Virus record (IMG/VR): IMGVR_UViG_3300008107_007821
Coordinates: 7,461-71,460 of that record
DNA from: a virus
Reading direction: 5' to 3' (one strand)
DNA: 64,000 nucleotides
This document shows positions 48,067-56,698 of the stretch, piece by piece. Made by a program: the position numbers and the translations under genes. Position 1 is the stretch's first letter. Every line of letters starts with the position of its first letter. Under the pieces are notes generated by a model that searched no databases, was not told where the DNA came from, and saw only the letters and a list, made by a program, of their open reading frames with translations.

Positions 48067-48980
48067 GTTTCTACCAAAATTTTCATTAATTCTACAATAT
48101 ATTCTTTACTAAAAATATTATCTTTAGTGTCTTCTACATATTTTTGATTTATATAATCAAAATATAAATTATCATCAGAGTCAATTTCAATAACTTTGTC
48201 AACTACATCATTCAAATTATCATAGTCATGAACATTAATTATACATTTAGTATTAATATCATTAGATATATCAGCATTTCCCCAATAAATTGGTATGGTA
48301 TTTGCTAACATTGCCTCATATAATTTTTCAGTGAAGATGCCAGATTTACTAATAAGAGTTGAATCTGAAAAAGATTTTATACATCCTTCAGAATTATCAA
48401 AACAAATATTAAATTTAAAATTTGATAAGTATTTTGTTTTTTCTACTGATCCACTTAATGTCCCAATATTCCCAGGAACTAGTGAAGAATTATTACACAA
48501 ACTTCCAGAAGCAGTTACAAACTTATATTGACTCAACAGATCAAAAAATTCTTTTCTTGGATAAGTTGGATTTCTAGATACAAAAGAACAAAAATCATTA
48601 GGAATATTTTTTATTTCAGGAGTATGATTTAGAAAATATTCATAGTCATCTATAAGTCCATGAGAGAAATATTCATAATGATACCATAAACATAAAGGAA
48701 CTCTTTTTAAAAATGGATCATTAAAATTAAAGGTTGAGATAGCATGTGAAAATTTAGATCTATCTAAAGTCCCATCTGAAGTTAAAAACCAAGGTTCTGA
48801 TTGATAAAAAATTAATTTAGATTTTTTATCCTCAAGTAAGTGATTAGTAGTAATTAATAAATCTGGAGAATCTTTATCAATAATAACATCATATGATTGA
48901 GAAAGAGCCCATGTAAAAATATTATTTTGATAATTAAATTCTGGCCAAAAATTATCAAAATAAAGTTTTATTTTTTTCAT
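48063..48980 (-). CDS. GT10 alpha-1,3/4-fucosyltransferase-like protein
   Basis: FCSFV.RN...R..FF..LS.YK, FKFNICFDNS...TEKL.EA..A.TIPIYWG. Confidence 0.85.
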   Translation of the reverse strand: MKKIKLYFDNFWPEFNYQNNIFTWALSQSYDVIIDKDSPDLLITTNHLLEDKKSKLIFYQSEPWFLTSDGTLDRSKFSHAISTFNFNDPFLKRVPLCLWYHYEYFSHGLIDDYEYFLNHTPEIKNIPNDFCSFVSRNPTYPRKEFFDLLSQYKFVTASGSLCNNSSLVPGNIGTLSGSVEKTKYLSNFKFNICFDNSEGCIKSFSDSTLISKSGIFTEKLYEAMLANTIPIYWGNADISNDINTKCIINVHDYDNLNDVVDKVIEIDSDDNLYFDYINQKYVEDTKDNIFSKEYIVELMKILVET

Positions 48981-49627
48981 CTTTTAAAGTCTCCCCTATC
49001 TACCATAGCAAGAATAGATTCCAATCCCTCATGCTCTACTACTTTAGGAACTGTAGCATAAACATCAATATCATCTTCCCTAATCAATCTTTGAATAGAT
49101 CCATCAGCAGTATTGTTTATAGTTTTATTTGCATCATATAGTTTAGAAGCAAAATCTTTAGTTATTGCAAACCCAAAAGTACAATCCAAAACAACATAAT
49201 TTTTAGAAGAAAATTTAAATAAATGATCAGAATAATTAGGATGAATATAATGATAGTTTATATACCCAAGGTAAACTAACTTCCAATCTGAAGGAAGTTT
49301 AGATAAACAATCTTCAATATATTGAATATCTTCTGTTATAACTGCATCATCTTCCAATATAAGACAATTAGATATATTGTTATTAATGATATATTGATAT
49401 AAATTTAAATGATTTACTGCACAAGATATTTGACCATCAGTTATGGGCTCACATCCATTTTCCCTATAAAAATCAATGTTCATATCTGCAGCATGTGTCC
49501 CATAGAAAAATTCATATTCTAGATTTTTACTTCTAGTTTTAAACCTCTCTATCCTGTCCTTACATGACTCATGAGTTGTGGTAAGAACTATAACTTTATC
49601 AAAAAATTTATTTAAAGGATGTTTCAT
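48977..49627 (-). CDS. Glycosyltransferase family 25
   Basis: GQISCAVNH, LILEDDA, LPSDW.LVYLG. Confidence 0.8.
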   Translation of the reverse strand: MKHPLNKFFDKVIVLTTTHESCKDRIERFKTRSKNLEYEFFYGTHAADMNIDFYRENGCEPITDGQISCAVNHLNLYQYIINNNISNCLILEDDAVITEDIQYIEDCLSKLPSDWKLVYLGYINYHYIHPNYSDHLFKFSSKNYVVLDCTFGFAITKDFASKLYDANKTINNTADGSIQRLIREDDIDVYATVPKVVEHEGLESILAMVDRGDFKR

Positions 49628-50514
49628 GATTCTAAAATTAAATCAAATATAGAAGACTTTAAATCTTCATAATTAGAATATTCTTCAAATATGAAATTAC
49701 AATTTACATTTAAATTCCAAGGAGGGCAATCAGTTTCATTAATACCAAACACATAGAATGTTTTTGTAGGATCATTCATATTTTCTGAGTTGCAACAAAA
49801 ACAAAGTGGACCAGAAGCTCTTCCAACAATTAGATCACAAGACAAAGAAAGATAAGCAATTTCATTCAAATCTGTAGAATCAGATTGAATAATATCATCA
49901 GTAAATTTAATGTTGCTAATATTAGATTCGAACTTATGAGTTGCTATAAAAATTTTGTTAGGATTTTTTTCTGCCAATTCAATTATAATAGATTTCATGT
50001 CACCAGAATATTCACATTGTCCAGATAAACATGGTCCATTACAAAAAAGAATTTTTTGATTTTGATGCTGTGAAACAAAATCAGAAACTTTAAAAATATT
50101 ATATTTGGTATAATCTATTAATGGAAAATAATTTTCAGGATTTGATAGTTTTAAATTGGTTCCAAATATTTTATTTAATTCTTCGTATATGTGTGAAAAC
50201 ATATTGTATATACTGACTAAAGAACAATTGCCAGTGTATTCATTTTCAGGTCCAAAAGAAGACCCAATCCAAGTGTTGATATACAAAGTATCTTCAATTT
50301 GAGAAAGTTTTGTAGTTATACTTAAAGAACTCAAAATATCACTAGAAGCATTTTGTATATTTAAATCTTTAATTATGGCAGGATTATTTGGATGAGCATA
50401 GTAATATTCAACATCAATGTGTTGAATTATTTCTTCCACAAATGCCCTGTTATTTACAATATCTCCATTATGATAATGATTGAAGAAACAAATTTTTTTA
50501 ATTTCAGTCATCAA
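49624..50514 (-). CDS. Hypothetical protein, GT-B-like
   Basis: N.YHNGD, DL.EIAYLS..CDLIVGRASGP; very AT-rich. Confidence 0.55.
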   Translation of the reverse strand: MMTEIKKICFFNHYHNGDIVNNRAFVEEIIQHIDVEYYYAHPNNPAIIKDLNIQNASSDILSSLSITTKLSQIEDTLYINTWIGSSFGPENEYTGNCSLVSIYNMFSHIYEELNKIFGTNLKLSNPENYFPLIDYTKYNIFKVSDFVSQHQNQKILFCNGPCLSGQCEYSGDMKSIIIELAEKNPNKIFIATHKFESNISNIKFTDDIIQSDSTDLNEIAYLSLSCDLIVGRASGPLCFCCNSENMNDPTKTFYVFGINETDCPPWNLNVNCNFIFEEYSNYEDLKSSIFDLILES

Positions 50515-50524
50515 CTGTTATTCC

Positions 50525-50872
50525 TCAAACCCCCTTATAAAGTTTTACAGAGTCTTCTCGTAGACTTTTTTCATTTGTAATTGCATCATCAATCATAATG
50601 TTGATTGCTTGTACCAACTTAGGTCTTTTTACTTTAAAACAGATATCAATTTTTCTTTTTAAATGAGCAATCTCTTCATCTGTTGTTGCTTCTTGAATTG
50701 CATCTTCAAGCATCCATGTTCTGATGTGAAGGATCGCTAGTTTCTCAACAATTTCTCCAAGATTATCAGTTGCAATGTATTCTACATCTGGAACTTCTTC
50801 ACCAGAAAAAAGAACTCTATCTACTGTTTCCTTAATAATGTTTTCAATAAATTCACCAAGTTTTTCCATCAA
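50525..50872 (-). CDS. Hypothetical helical protein
   Basis: LGEIVEKLAILHIRTW.LED...KID...R..LV.AI. Confidence 0.65.
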   Translation of the reverse strand: MMEKLGEFIENIIKETVDRVLFSGEEVPDVEYIATDNLGEIVEKLAILHIRTWMLEDAIQEATTDEEIAHLKRKIDICFKVKRPKLVQAINIMIDDAITNEKSLREDSVKLYKGV

Positions 50873-52032
50873 ATTTCTCCAATAATTTCTTTAATGATTT
50901 CGATTTCTTTATCAGAAACAAACTGACTATTACCTATGTATACCCCATTTTCGTGAAGGATATCTACATTCAAAACCTTCGAAGGGCATTCCACTGAGTA
51001 GTTTACCATATATGGTTGTCTAAGTAAATTACCTCCAACAACAGGTCTATATTCTATAGAATACTTATCAAAGAGACTAATCAGTTTTTGTTTGATTTCT
51101 TTTGTTTTACAAATAAATGGGAAACAAAAACAACTATTACCCAAACTTGGATAGACTGGATGTAGATTTTTATTTTCATATACAGCACCAAGAAACTTAA
51201 AATAGTTATCTCTTCTTATTTTGATAAACTGATCAAGTCTTTTAAGTTGAGAAAGACCTAGAACTGCTGCAAGTTCGGTATTTCTAAAGTTATATCCATC
51301 AGTTACAAAAAGGAATGATCTTTCAATTTCTGGATTTTGATTTGAATAATATTCAAATTTATCAGATACTCTTGCAAGACCATGAGACCTTTTAAGTTTC
51401 ATCAGATCATACAGTTCACTATCATTAGTAGAGATCATACCACCTTCAATGGTTGACATGTGATGACCAAAATAAAAACTAAAAGTTGCACCCAAACTTT
51501 TTGAACCCACTTTAGATCCATCATAAGAAGTGCATCCATGAGATTCACAAACATCATCTAGAATAATTGCATCTGGAAAGATCTCTTGATACTTAGCATT
51601 GTCAGCAGGAATGCCTAACAGATGTGTAACAAATATCATTTTAATATCTGAATGTTTCTCAGATATTCTCCTCAGATTATCAATATCAAAACTGTAATTT
51701 TGAAGATTGATATCACAGAAGATTGGAGTAAGACCTAACTGAAAAATAGGATTGATATTTGTAACCCATGTACATGCAGGAAGAACTACTTTATCTCCAG
51801 GTTTCAATCCATATTTTTCCATCACAGCAGCAACTAACAGAAAATTTGCAGTGCTGCCAGAAGTTACAAACAGGGAGTGTTTAGATCCAATCCACTCAGA
51901 CCAAGCATTTTCAAATTCTTGAACTTTTTTACCTTGAGTAAACTTATCTGATGATAATACAAACTTCGCAAGTTTTACCCTATCCAAAAAGGAGAGAGTA
52001 TTTTTCATAAGAGGCCACTTATACTCTGACAT
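50869..52032 (-). CDS. colD: DegT-family PLP enzyme with active-site His; ColD-like GDP-4-keto-6-deoxymannose 3-dehydratase
   Basis: SGSTAN, DVCESHG, FSFYFGHHMSTIEGG (His where aminotransferases have Lys), GYNFR, RP.VGGN. Confidence 0.75.
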   Translation of the reverse strand: MSEYKWPLMKNTLSFLDRVKLAKFVLSSDKFTQGKKVQEFENAWSEWIGSKHSLFVTSGSTANFLLVAAVMEKYGLKPGDKVVLPACTWVTNINPIFQLGLTPIFCDINLQNYSFDIDNLRRISEKHSDIKMIFVTHLLGIPADNAKYQEIFPDAIILDDVCESHGCTSYDGSKVGSKSLGATFSFYFGHHMSTIEGGMISTNDSELYDLMKLKRSHGLARVSDKFEYYSNQNPEIERSFLFVTDGYNFRNTELAAVLGLSQLKRLDQFIKIRRDNYFKFLGAVYENKNLHPVYPSLGNSCFCFPFICKTKEIKQKLISLFDKYSIEYRPVVGGNLLRQPYMVNYSVECPSKVLNVDILHENGVYIGNSQFVSDKEIEIIKEIIGEI

Positions 52033-52963
52033 AATTCTCCCTATTTTGTAAAAACCAATCAATAGTAACTTTCAATCCATCCTCTAGTGATGTCTTTGCT
52101 TTCCAACCAAGAGAATCCATTTTGGAAGTATCCAATGCTCTTCTAGGAGTTCCATTTGGTTTAGTAGTATCCCAAACAATATTTCCTTTATATCCAACAA
52201 GATTAGCAACAAGTTCAGACAACTCTTTGATACTTACTTCTCTCTGTGGACCTATGTTAATAATTTCTGGATCATTGTAGTTGTTCATCAAGAAGATAAG
52301 ACCATCTGCAAGATCATCAGAGAACAAAAATTCTCTAGTTGGAGTTCCATCACCAAAGCAAACTACTTCATTAAGATTATTTTCTTTTGCATGAATAAAC
52401 TTGTTAATGAAACTAGGAATTACATGACACTGTTCAATAATAAAGTTATCATTAATTCCGTAGAGGTTATTTGGCATAACAGAAACAGTTGGGAATCCAT
52501 ACTGTTCTGTATACTTTTTACACATCAAATATCCAGATATCTTTGCAAGAGAATATGCAATATTAGTTTCTTCAAGGGGTCCAGTCATTAAGTATTCTTC
52601 CTTAATTGGAACTGGTGCATGTTTAGGATAGATGCAAGCAGAACCTAAAAACAAAAGTTTCTTACAACCATTTCTATATGAAGCATCAATTACATTAGTT
52701 TGAATTTGAAGATTTTCTCTAATAAAATCTGCTGGGTTTTCTTTGTTATGTCCAATTCCTCCAACTTTAGCTGCAGCAAGAAACACATACTCAGGTCTTT
52801 GAGTTTCAAAGAACTCTTCTACTTGTTCTTGAGAAGTGAGATCTAATAAAGATTTTCTCAAACCAAGAACATTAGTATAACCAAGTTCTTTTAACTTCCT
52901 AGTAATAGATGATCCAACTAATCCTCTATGGCCAGCAACAAAAATTTTACTATCTAACTTCAT
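52019..52963 (-). CDS. fcl: GDP-L-fucose synthase / ColC-like epimerase-reductase
   Basis: AGHRGLVGS, LAAAKVGGI, LGSACIYP, YSLAK, HVIP, REFL. Confidence 0.93.
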   Translation of the reverse strand: MKLDSKIFVAGHRGLVGSSITRKLKELGYTNVLGLRKSLLDLTSQEQVEEFFETQRPEYVFLAAAKVGGIGHNKENPADFIRENLQIQTNVIDASYRNGCKKLLFLGSACIYPKHAPVPIKEEYLMTGPLEETNIAYSLAKISGYLMCKKYTEQYGFPTVSVMPNNLYGINDNFIIEQCHVIPSFINKFIHAKENNLNEVVCFGDGTPTREFLFSDDLADGLIFLMNNYNDPEIINIGPQREVSIKELSELVANLVGYKGNIVWDTTKPNGTPRRALDTSKMDSLGWKAKTSLEDGLKVTIDWFLQNRENYVRV

Positions 52964-53516
52964 AGTACCAACACCCCTCCCTAGCAACAACATCAGTTAA
53001 ACCATTATCAGAAACTGCTTTAATCACTGGGGGATAGTGGTAATCATGTCCAGATAAAACACCTCCTTTCTTTATTTTTTTTATCCAAAAATTAATATCC
53101 TCAAAGACATATTCATATTCATGATTACCATCAATAAAAACAAAATCTAAAGAGTTATCTTCATATTGCTTAACTGCTTCCATAGAAGTTAACTTTATTG
53201 GATTTAGATATTCTTTTACTGGGTTTACATTATTCAAGAAAGTTTCATGCAAATTTTGACACATAGTTTCAAAATATTCACCTTCAGGTTTCCAATCTGG
53301 CCAAGGATCTATACAATCAAACTGTATAGACTTTCCTGAGTTTGCAATTTCTACTGCCATGTAAGCAGAAGACTTCCCTTTCCAAGATCCAATTTCAACA
53401 AAATGACTTCCTGAGGGAAATCTATTTACCATCTCAGAATATAATCTTGAATAAGAAAACCAATCTTCCCCAAATTGGGGTTGATCATAAATATGATTTA
53501 TTTTTTTATTGTCCAT
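52950..53516 (-). CDS. Class I SAM methyltransferase (Methyltransf_24-like)
   Basis: [30 protein letters not shown]. Confidence 0.85.
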   Translation of the reverse strand: MDNKKINHIYDQPQFGEDWFSYSRLYSEMVNRFPSGSHFVEIGSWKGKSSAYMAVEIANSGKSIQFDCIDPWPDWKPEGEYFETMCQNLHETFLNNVNPVKEYLNPIKLTSMEAVKQYEDNSLDFVFIDGNHEYEYVFEDINFWIKKIKKGGVLSGHDYHYPPVIKAVSDNGLTDVVAREGCWYYEVR

Positions 53517-54507
53517 GAATGCACATATCCTCAACTAATTGTTTAAATGAAATCTTAGGTTCCCAACCTAATTTTTCCTTTGCCTTAGTGGCATCACCTA
53601 ATAAAGTCTCTACTTCAGCAGGTCTGAAATATTTAGGACTGACTCTAATGATCACATTACCACTATACTCATCAATGCCAACCTCATCTAGACCTTCACC
53701 TTCCCATCTAATTTTCATTCCAAAGTATGGTGCTGCTTCCTCTACAAACTCTCTGACTGAATACTGAACTCCAGTAGCAATCACAAAGTCATCTGGTTGA
53801 TCTTGCTGAAGCATTAACCACATTGCTTCTACAAAGTCTTTGGCATGACCCCAATCCCTCTTTGCATTCAAGTTACCAAGATAAAGACAATCTTGAAGAC
53901 CAACAGAGATTCTAGAAAGACCTACTGTAATCTTCCTAGTAACAAATGTCTCTCCCCTGCGAGGTGATTCATGATTAAAAAGAATCCCAGTGCAAGCATA
54001 AAGACCATATGATTCACGATAGTTTTTGGTAATCCAATAACCATAGATCTTTGCAACACCATATGGGGACCTTGGATAAAATGGTGTGGTTTCCTTCTGA
54101 GGAGTTTCCTGAACCAATCCATAAAGTTCAGATGTTGATGCTTGGTAGATTTTAGTTTTCTTCTCCATCCCAAGAAGTCTAACTGCTTCTAGAACTCTCA
54201 AGGTTCCTAAAGCATCAACCTGTCCAGTATACTCAGGAACTTCAAATGAAACTTTTACATGACTCTGAGCACCAAGATTATAAATCTCATCAGGTTGTAC
54301 TTTCTGAATAACACTAATCAGATTAGTAGAATCAGTAAGATCACCATAATGAAGATGTAATTTTTGATAAATGTGATCAATTCTATCAGTGTTGATTAAG
54401 GATGCTCTTCTAACAATTCCATGAACTTCATATCCTTTTTCCAAAAGAAGTTCTGCAAGGTAGGATCCATCCTGCCCAGTAATTCCAGTAATTAATGCAA
54501 CTTTCAT
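53506..54507 (-). CDS. gmd: GDP-mannose 4,6-dehydratase
   Basis: [40 protein letters not shown]. Confidence 0.97.
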   Translation of the reverse strand: MKVALITGITGQDGSYLAELLLEKGYEVHGIVRRASLINTDRIDHIYQKLHLHYGDLTDSTNLISVIQKVQPDEIYNLGAQSHVKVSFEVPEYTGQVDALGTLRVLEAVRLLGMEKKTKIYQASTSELYGLVQETPQKETTPFYPRSPYGVAKIYGYWITKNYRESYGLYACTGILFNHESPRRGETFVTRKITVGLSRISVGLQDCLYLGNLNAKRDWGHAKDFVEAMWLMLQQDQPDDFVIATGVQYSVREFVEEAAPYFGMKIRWEGEGLDEVGIDEYSGNVIIRVSPKYFRPAEVETLLGDATKAKEKLGWEPKISFKQLVEDMCIHGQ

Positions 54508-54527
54508 ATATTAGAACATTTTTTACT

Positions 54528-54556
54528 ATTCTAATGATATTCAGTCATTGTGTCAA
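54528..54556 (-). promoter_or_regulatory. Sigma70-like promoter for the gmd glycosylation operon
   Basis: TTGACA-17 nt-TAGAAT directly after the tRNA. Confidence 0.7.
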
Positions 54557-54557
54557 G

Positions 54558-54630
54558 TGCTCCTTGTGAGGATCGAACTCACCTTTCTTGTCTTATGAGG
54601 ACAGTGCTTTCACCAGAGAGCTAAAGGAGC
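54558..54630 (-). tRNA. tRNA with CAU anticodon (Met or lysidine-type Ile2)
   Basis: GCTCCTTTAGCTCTCTGGTGAAAGCACTGTCCTCATAAGACAAGAAAGGTGAGTTCGATCCTCACAAGGAGCA. Confidence 0.85.
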
Positions 54631-54633
54631 AAG

Positions 54634-54705
54634 TAGGACTGCAGGGAATTGAACCCTGTTCACACCGTTATAAGCAGTGGGCTTTAACCAATAAGCAACA
54701 GTCCC
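54634..54705 (-). tRNA. trnI: tRNA-Ile(UAU)
   Basis: GGGACTGTTGCTTATTGGTTAAAGCCCACTGCTTATAACGGTGTGAACAGGGTTCAATTCCCTGCAGTCCTA. Confidence 0.88.
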
Positions 54706-54711
54706 ATAAAA

Positions 54712-54900
54712 TCACGATCCTTCTTCGTGATCAGTATGAATCCTCACTAATTCATCATCAGTAATAGATTCAATTTCTTTGTGAGGAAGAATTACTACAT
54801 TTCCAGACTCACTTGTAATGATAAATGTTTCACCATTTTCTACTCTTGAGAAAAGTTCATCGAAGTTTTCTTCAAATTCCTCAACTGTAAAAGATTTCAT
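54712..54900 (-). CDS. Phd/YefM-like antitoxin-domain protein (solo)
   Basis: MKSFTVEEFEENFDELFSRVENGETFIIT...VVILP matches the Phd N-terminal pattern. Confidence 0.6.
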   Translation of the reverse strand: MKSFTVEEFEENFDELFSRVENGETFIITSESGNVVILPHKEIESITDDELVRIHTDHEEGS

Positions 54901-55019
54901 TCTTTGTTTGATTGATTTCCTAAGAGCATGATACCTGTTATGGGAACCATTGTCAAGAGAGTTGCTAGAAAAGAAACAAACAAATCATTTTCCATTAAAT
55001 TACTGATTAAATGTATCAT
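54897..55019 (-). CDS. 40-aa single-TM peptide (not in track)
   Basis: MIHLISNLMENDLFVSFLATLLTMVPITGIMLL...; ATGA overlap with the next gene. Confidence 0.5.
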   Translation of the reverse strand: MIHLISNLMENDLFVSFLATLLTMVPITGIMLLGNQSNKE

Positions 55020-55158
55020 GATTTAAAAATTTTTCTAATGGATCTTTACCAGTTTTAACAATTGCACATGCTCTCTTATAGAACATGTTATCTGTATTAC
55101 CAGATTTTTCAAATGTTTCTTTTATTTTCAACCAATTACTAAAAGTATGATTGTCCAT
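55000..55158 (-). CDS. Small hypothetical protein (52 aa; not in track)
   Basis: MDNHTFSNWLKIKETFEKSGNTDNMFYKRACAIVKTGKDP... Confidence 0.6.
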   Translation of the reverse strand: MDNHTFSNWLKIKETFEKSGNTDNMFYKRACAIVKTGKDPLEKFLNHDTFNQ

Positions 55159-55223
55159 AAAATTTGTATCTTAGATTTACTATTTACAGATAGTAGTTTT
55201 AGATACAAATTTATGTGTTGATT

Positions 55224-55379
55224 TTAAAACTTGTCCAAATGATCTTCCAGTCTATGCAATAGTTTTTCCATTTTTGGAATATCTGGTATTTCTAAATTTG
55301 AAACATACAGATATTCATCTAATGCAATAGTGAGTAGTTCTACATCACCCTTTGAAAGTTTTGGGGTTTCCCAAGTCAT
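55224..55379 (-). CDS. Small hypothetical protein (51 aa; not in track)
   Basis: MTWETPKLSKGDVELLTIALDEY...HLDKF*; ATGA overlap with the upstream stop. Confidence 0.55.
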   Translation of the reverse strand: MTWETPKLSKGDVELLTIALDEYLYVSNLEIPDIPKMEKLLHRLEDHLDKF

Positions 55380-55627
55380 TTAATATCAAACTCCAGTTTT
55401 CTAATTTTACGATGTTTTCTTGCTTCTTGCCAAGCAATATCTTCCTTTGAAAGAACATTTTTTGATTCCTTCTTTACCATGTTACTGATTAACTCTACCT
55501 TTGTCAAGTCAATAGCAGTAATAGTTTCACCTTTAACTGTGGTTAAATTATCACAACCACAGCATTTAGATTTAGTAGGATGTGATATTAATTCTATGTT
55601 ACAATTCTTGCATCTTATTTTTATCAT
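55376..55627 (-). CDS. Zn-ribbon-like small protein
   Basis: MIKIRCKNC...KCCGCDN...WQEARK.RK.RKL.F; GAGG RBS. Confidence 0.7.
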   Translation of the reverse strand: MIKIRCKNCNIELISHPTKSKCCGCDNLTTVKGETITAIDLTKVELISNMVKKESKNVLSKEDIAWQEARKHRKIRKLEFDIK

Positions 55628-55645
55628 TGTATGTACCTCAAATAA

Positions 55646-55716
55646 TGGCGGGTGAGGGAATTGAACCCTCTCCTGAAGCTTATGAGACTTCTGTGCTACC
55701 TTTACACTCACCCACG
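55646..55716 (-). tRNA. trnM: tRNA-Met(CAU) with initiator-like acceptor stem
   Basis: CGTGGGTGAGTGTAAAGGTAGCACAGAAGTCTCATAAGCTTCAGGAGAGGGTTCAATTCCCTCACCCGCCA; C1:C72 mismatch. Confidence 0.82.
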
Positions 55717-55751
55717 GTAAGGAGGCAGGTGCCCCCAATATTTATACTAAT

Positions 55752-56582
55752 TTATTGCCCAATGCGACCAACAGCAATCCTTGCACGGTTCAGGATAGAA
55801 CCAGACAGAGGAACATATCCAAGATCATCAGCAATAGATTGTGCTTTAGAACTCAGAGCATAGTTTAGAGCAGCACGAATATCATCTGCCTTAGCACCAT
55901 TGCCAGTACGATATGCAAGAACCCAAGTCAAAGTAGAAATAGGATATGCAGTTGCACCAGCAGGATTTGCATTTTCACCAGCAAGGTTTGCGTCCAGTTT
56001 GATGTTATTCAGAGCAGCAGCACCAGATGCAGCAGTAGGAAGAACAAACTTACCTGCTCGGTTTTGAATTGCTGCTGCTTGAATACGATTTGCTTTTACA
56101 AATCCAGTATTCACATAACCGATAGAACCAGGAGTCTGGCGAATTCGTCCAGAAACACCTTCATTACCTTTTGCACCAACACCAGTAGGCCATTTAACTG
56201 CCTTACCTACACCTGGACCCCAACCACCAAAGGCATCAAGAGAGTTAGTGAATGCATAAGTGGTTCCAGAACCATCAGAACGATACACAGGAGTAATGGG
56301 ACCAGCAGCACATCCAAGTGCTTTCCAATCTCTAATACGACCAGCAAAAATATCTACAGTTTGCTTTTGAGTAAGTCTCAGATTACATCCAGGCTTATTG
56401 TAAGCCACAGCAATCGTTCCACCCACCATAGGAATCTGAACAACACCACGCTTCACTTTGGAGGCATCTGCTGCGGAGATTGGTTCGTCACTTGCTCCGA
56501 AGTCAACTGTGCCCGCAATGAATTGACGAACACCAGCACCAGAACCAACGGACTGATAATTAACCCTACTCCCAGAAGTTCG
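55752..56582 (-). pseudogene. pstS: Phosphate-binding protein PstS lacking its 5' end
   Basis: Frame opens after TAA 56583-5 with RTSGSRVNYQSVGSGAG...VDFGASD, RSDGSGTT, GNEGV, YPIS; no start codon, signal peptide or GA(S/T)FP motif. Confidence 0.8.
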
Positions 56583-56585
56583 TTA

Positions 56586-56630
56586 ATGATACTGGAAGAC
56601 AATCTTAAAGTCCACTAAGATTTGGTTAAG
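56586..56630 (-). promoter_or_regulatory. Pho-box-like repeats and -10 element upstream of pstS
   Basis: CTTAACC-4-CTTAGTG-3-TTTAAGA, then TATCAT. Confidence 0.55.
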
Positions 56631-56646
56631 GTTTCCATTACCTAAC

Positions 56647-56676
56647 AAAAAAGACCACCCCAGAAAGGAGTGGTCT
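56647..56676 (-). terminator. Terminator after the porin gene
   Basis: AGACCAC/GTGGTCT stem plus T-run. Confidence 0.7.
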
Positions 56677-56698
56677 AACTCAACTTATGAGTAGATTA

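Noticed and set aside
55628-55738. N-terminal extension of track ORF 55376..55738
   Set aside because: It runs through the tRNA-Met gene; the ATG at 55627 has its own RBS.
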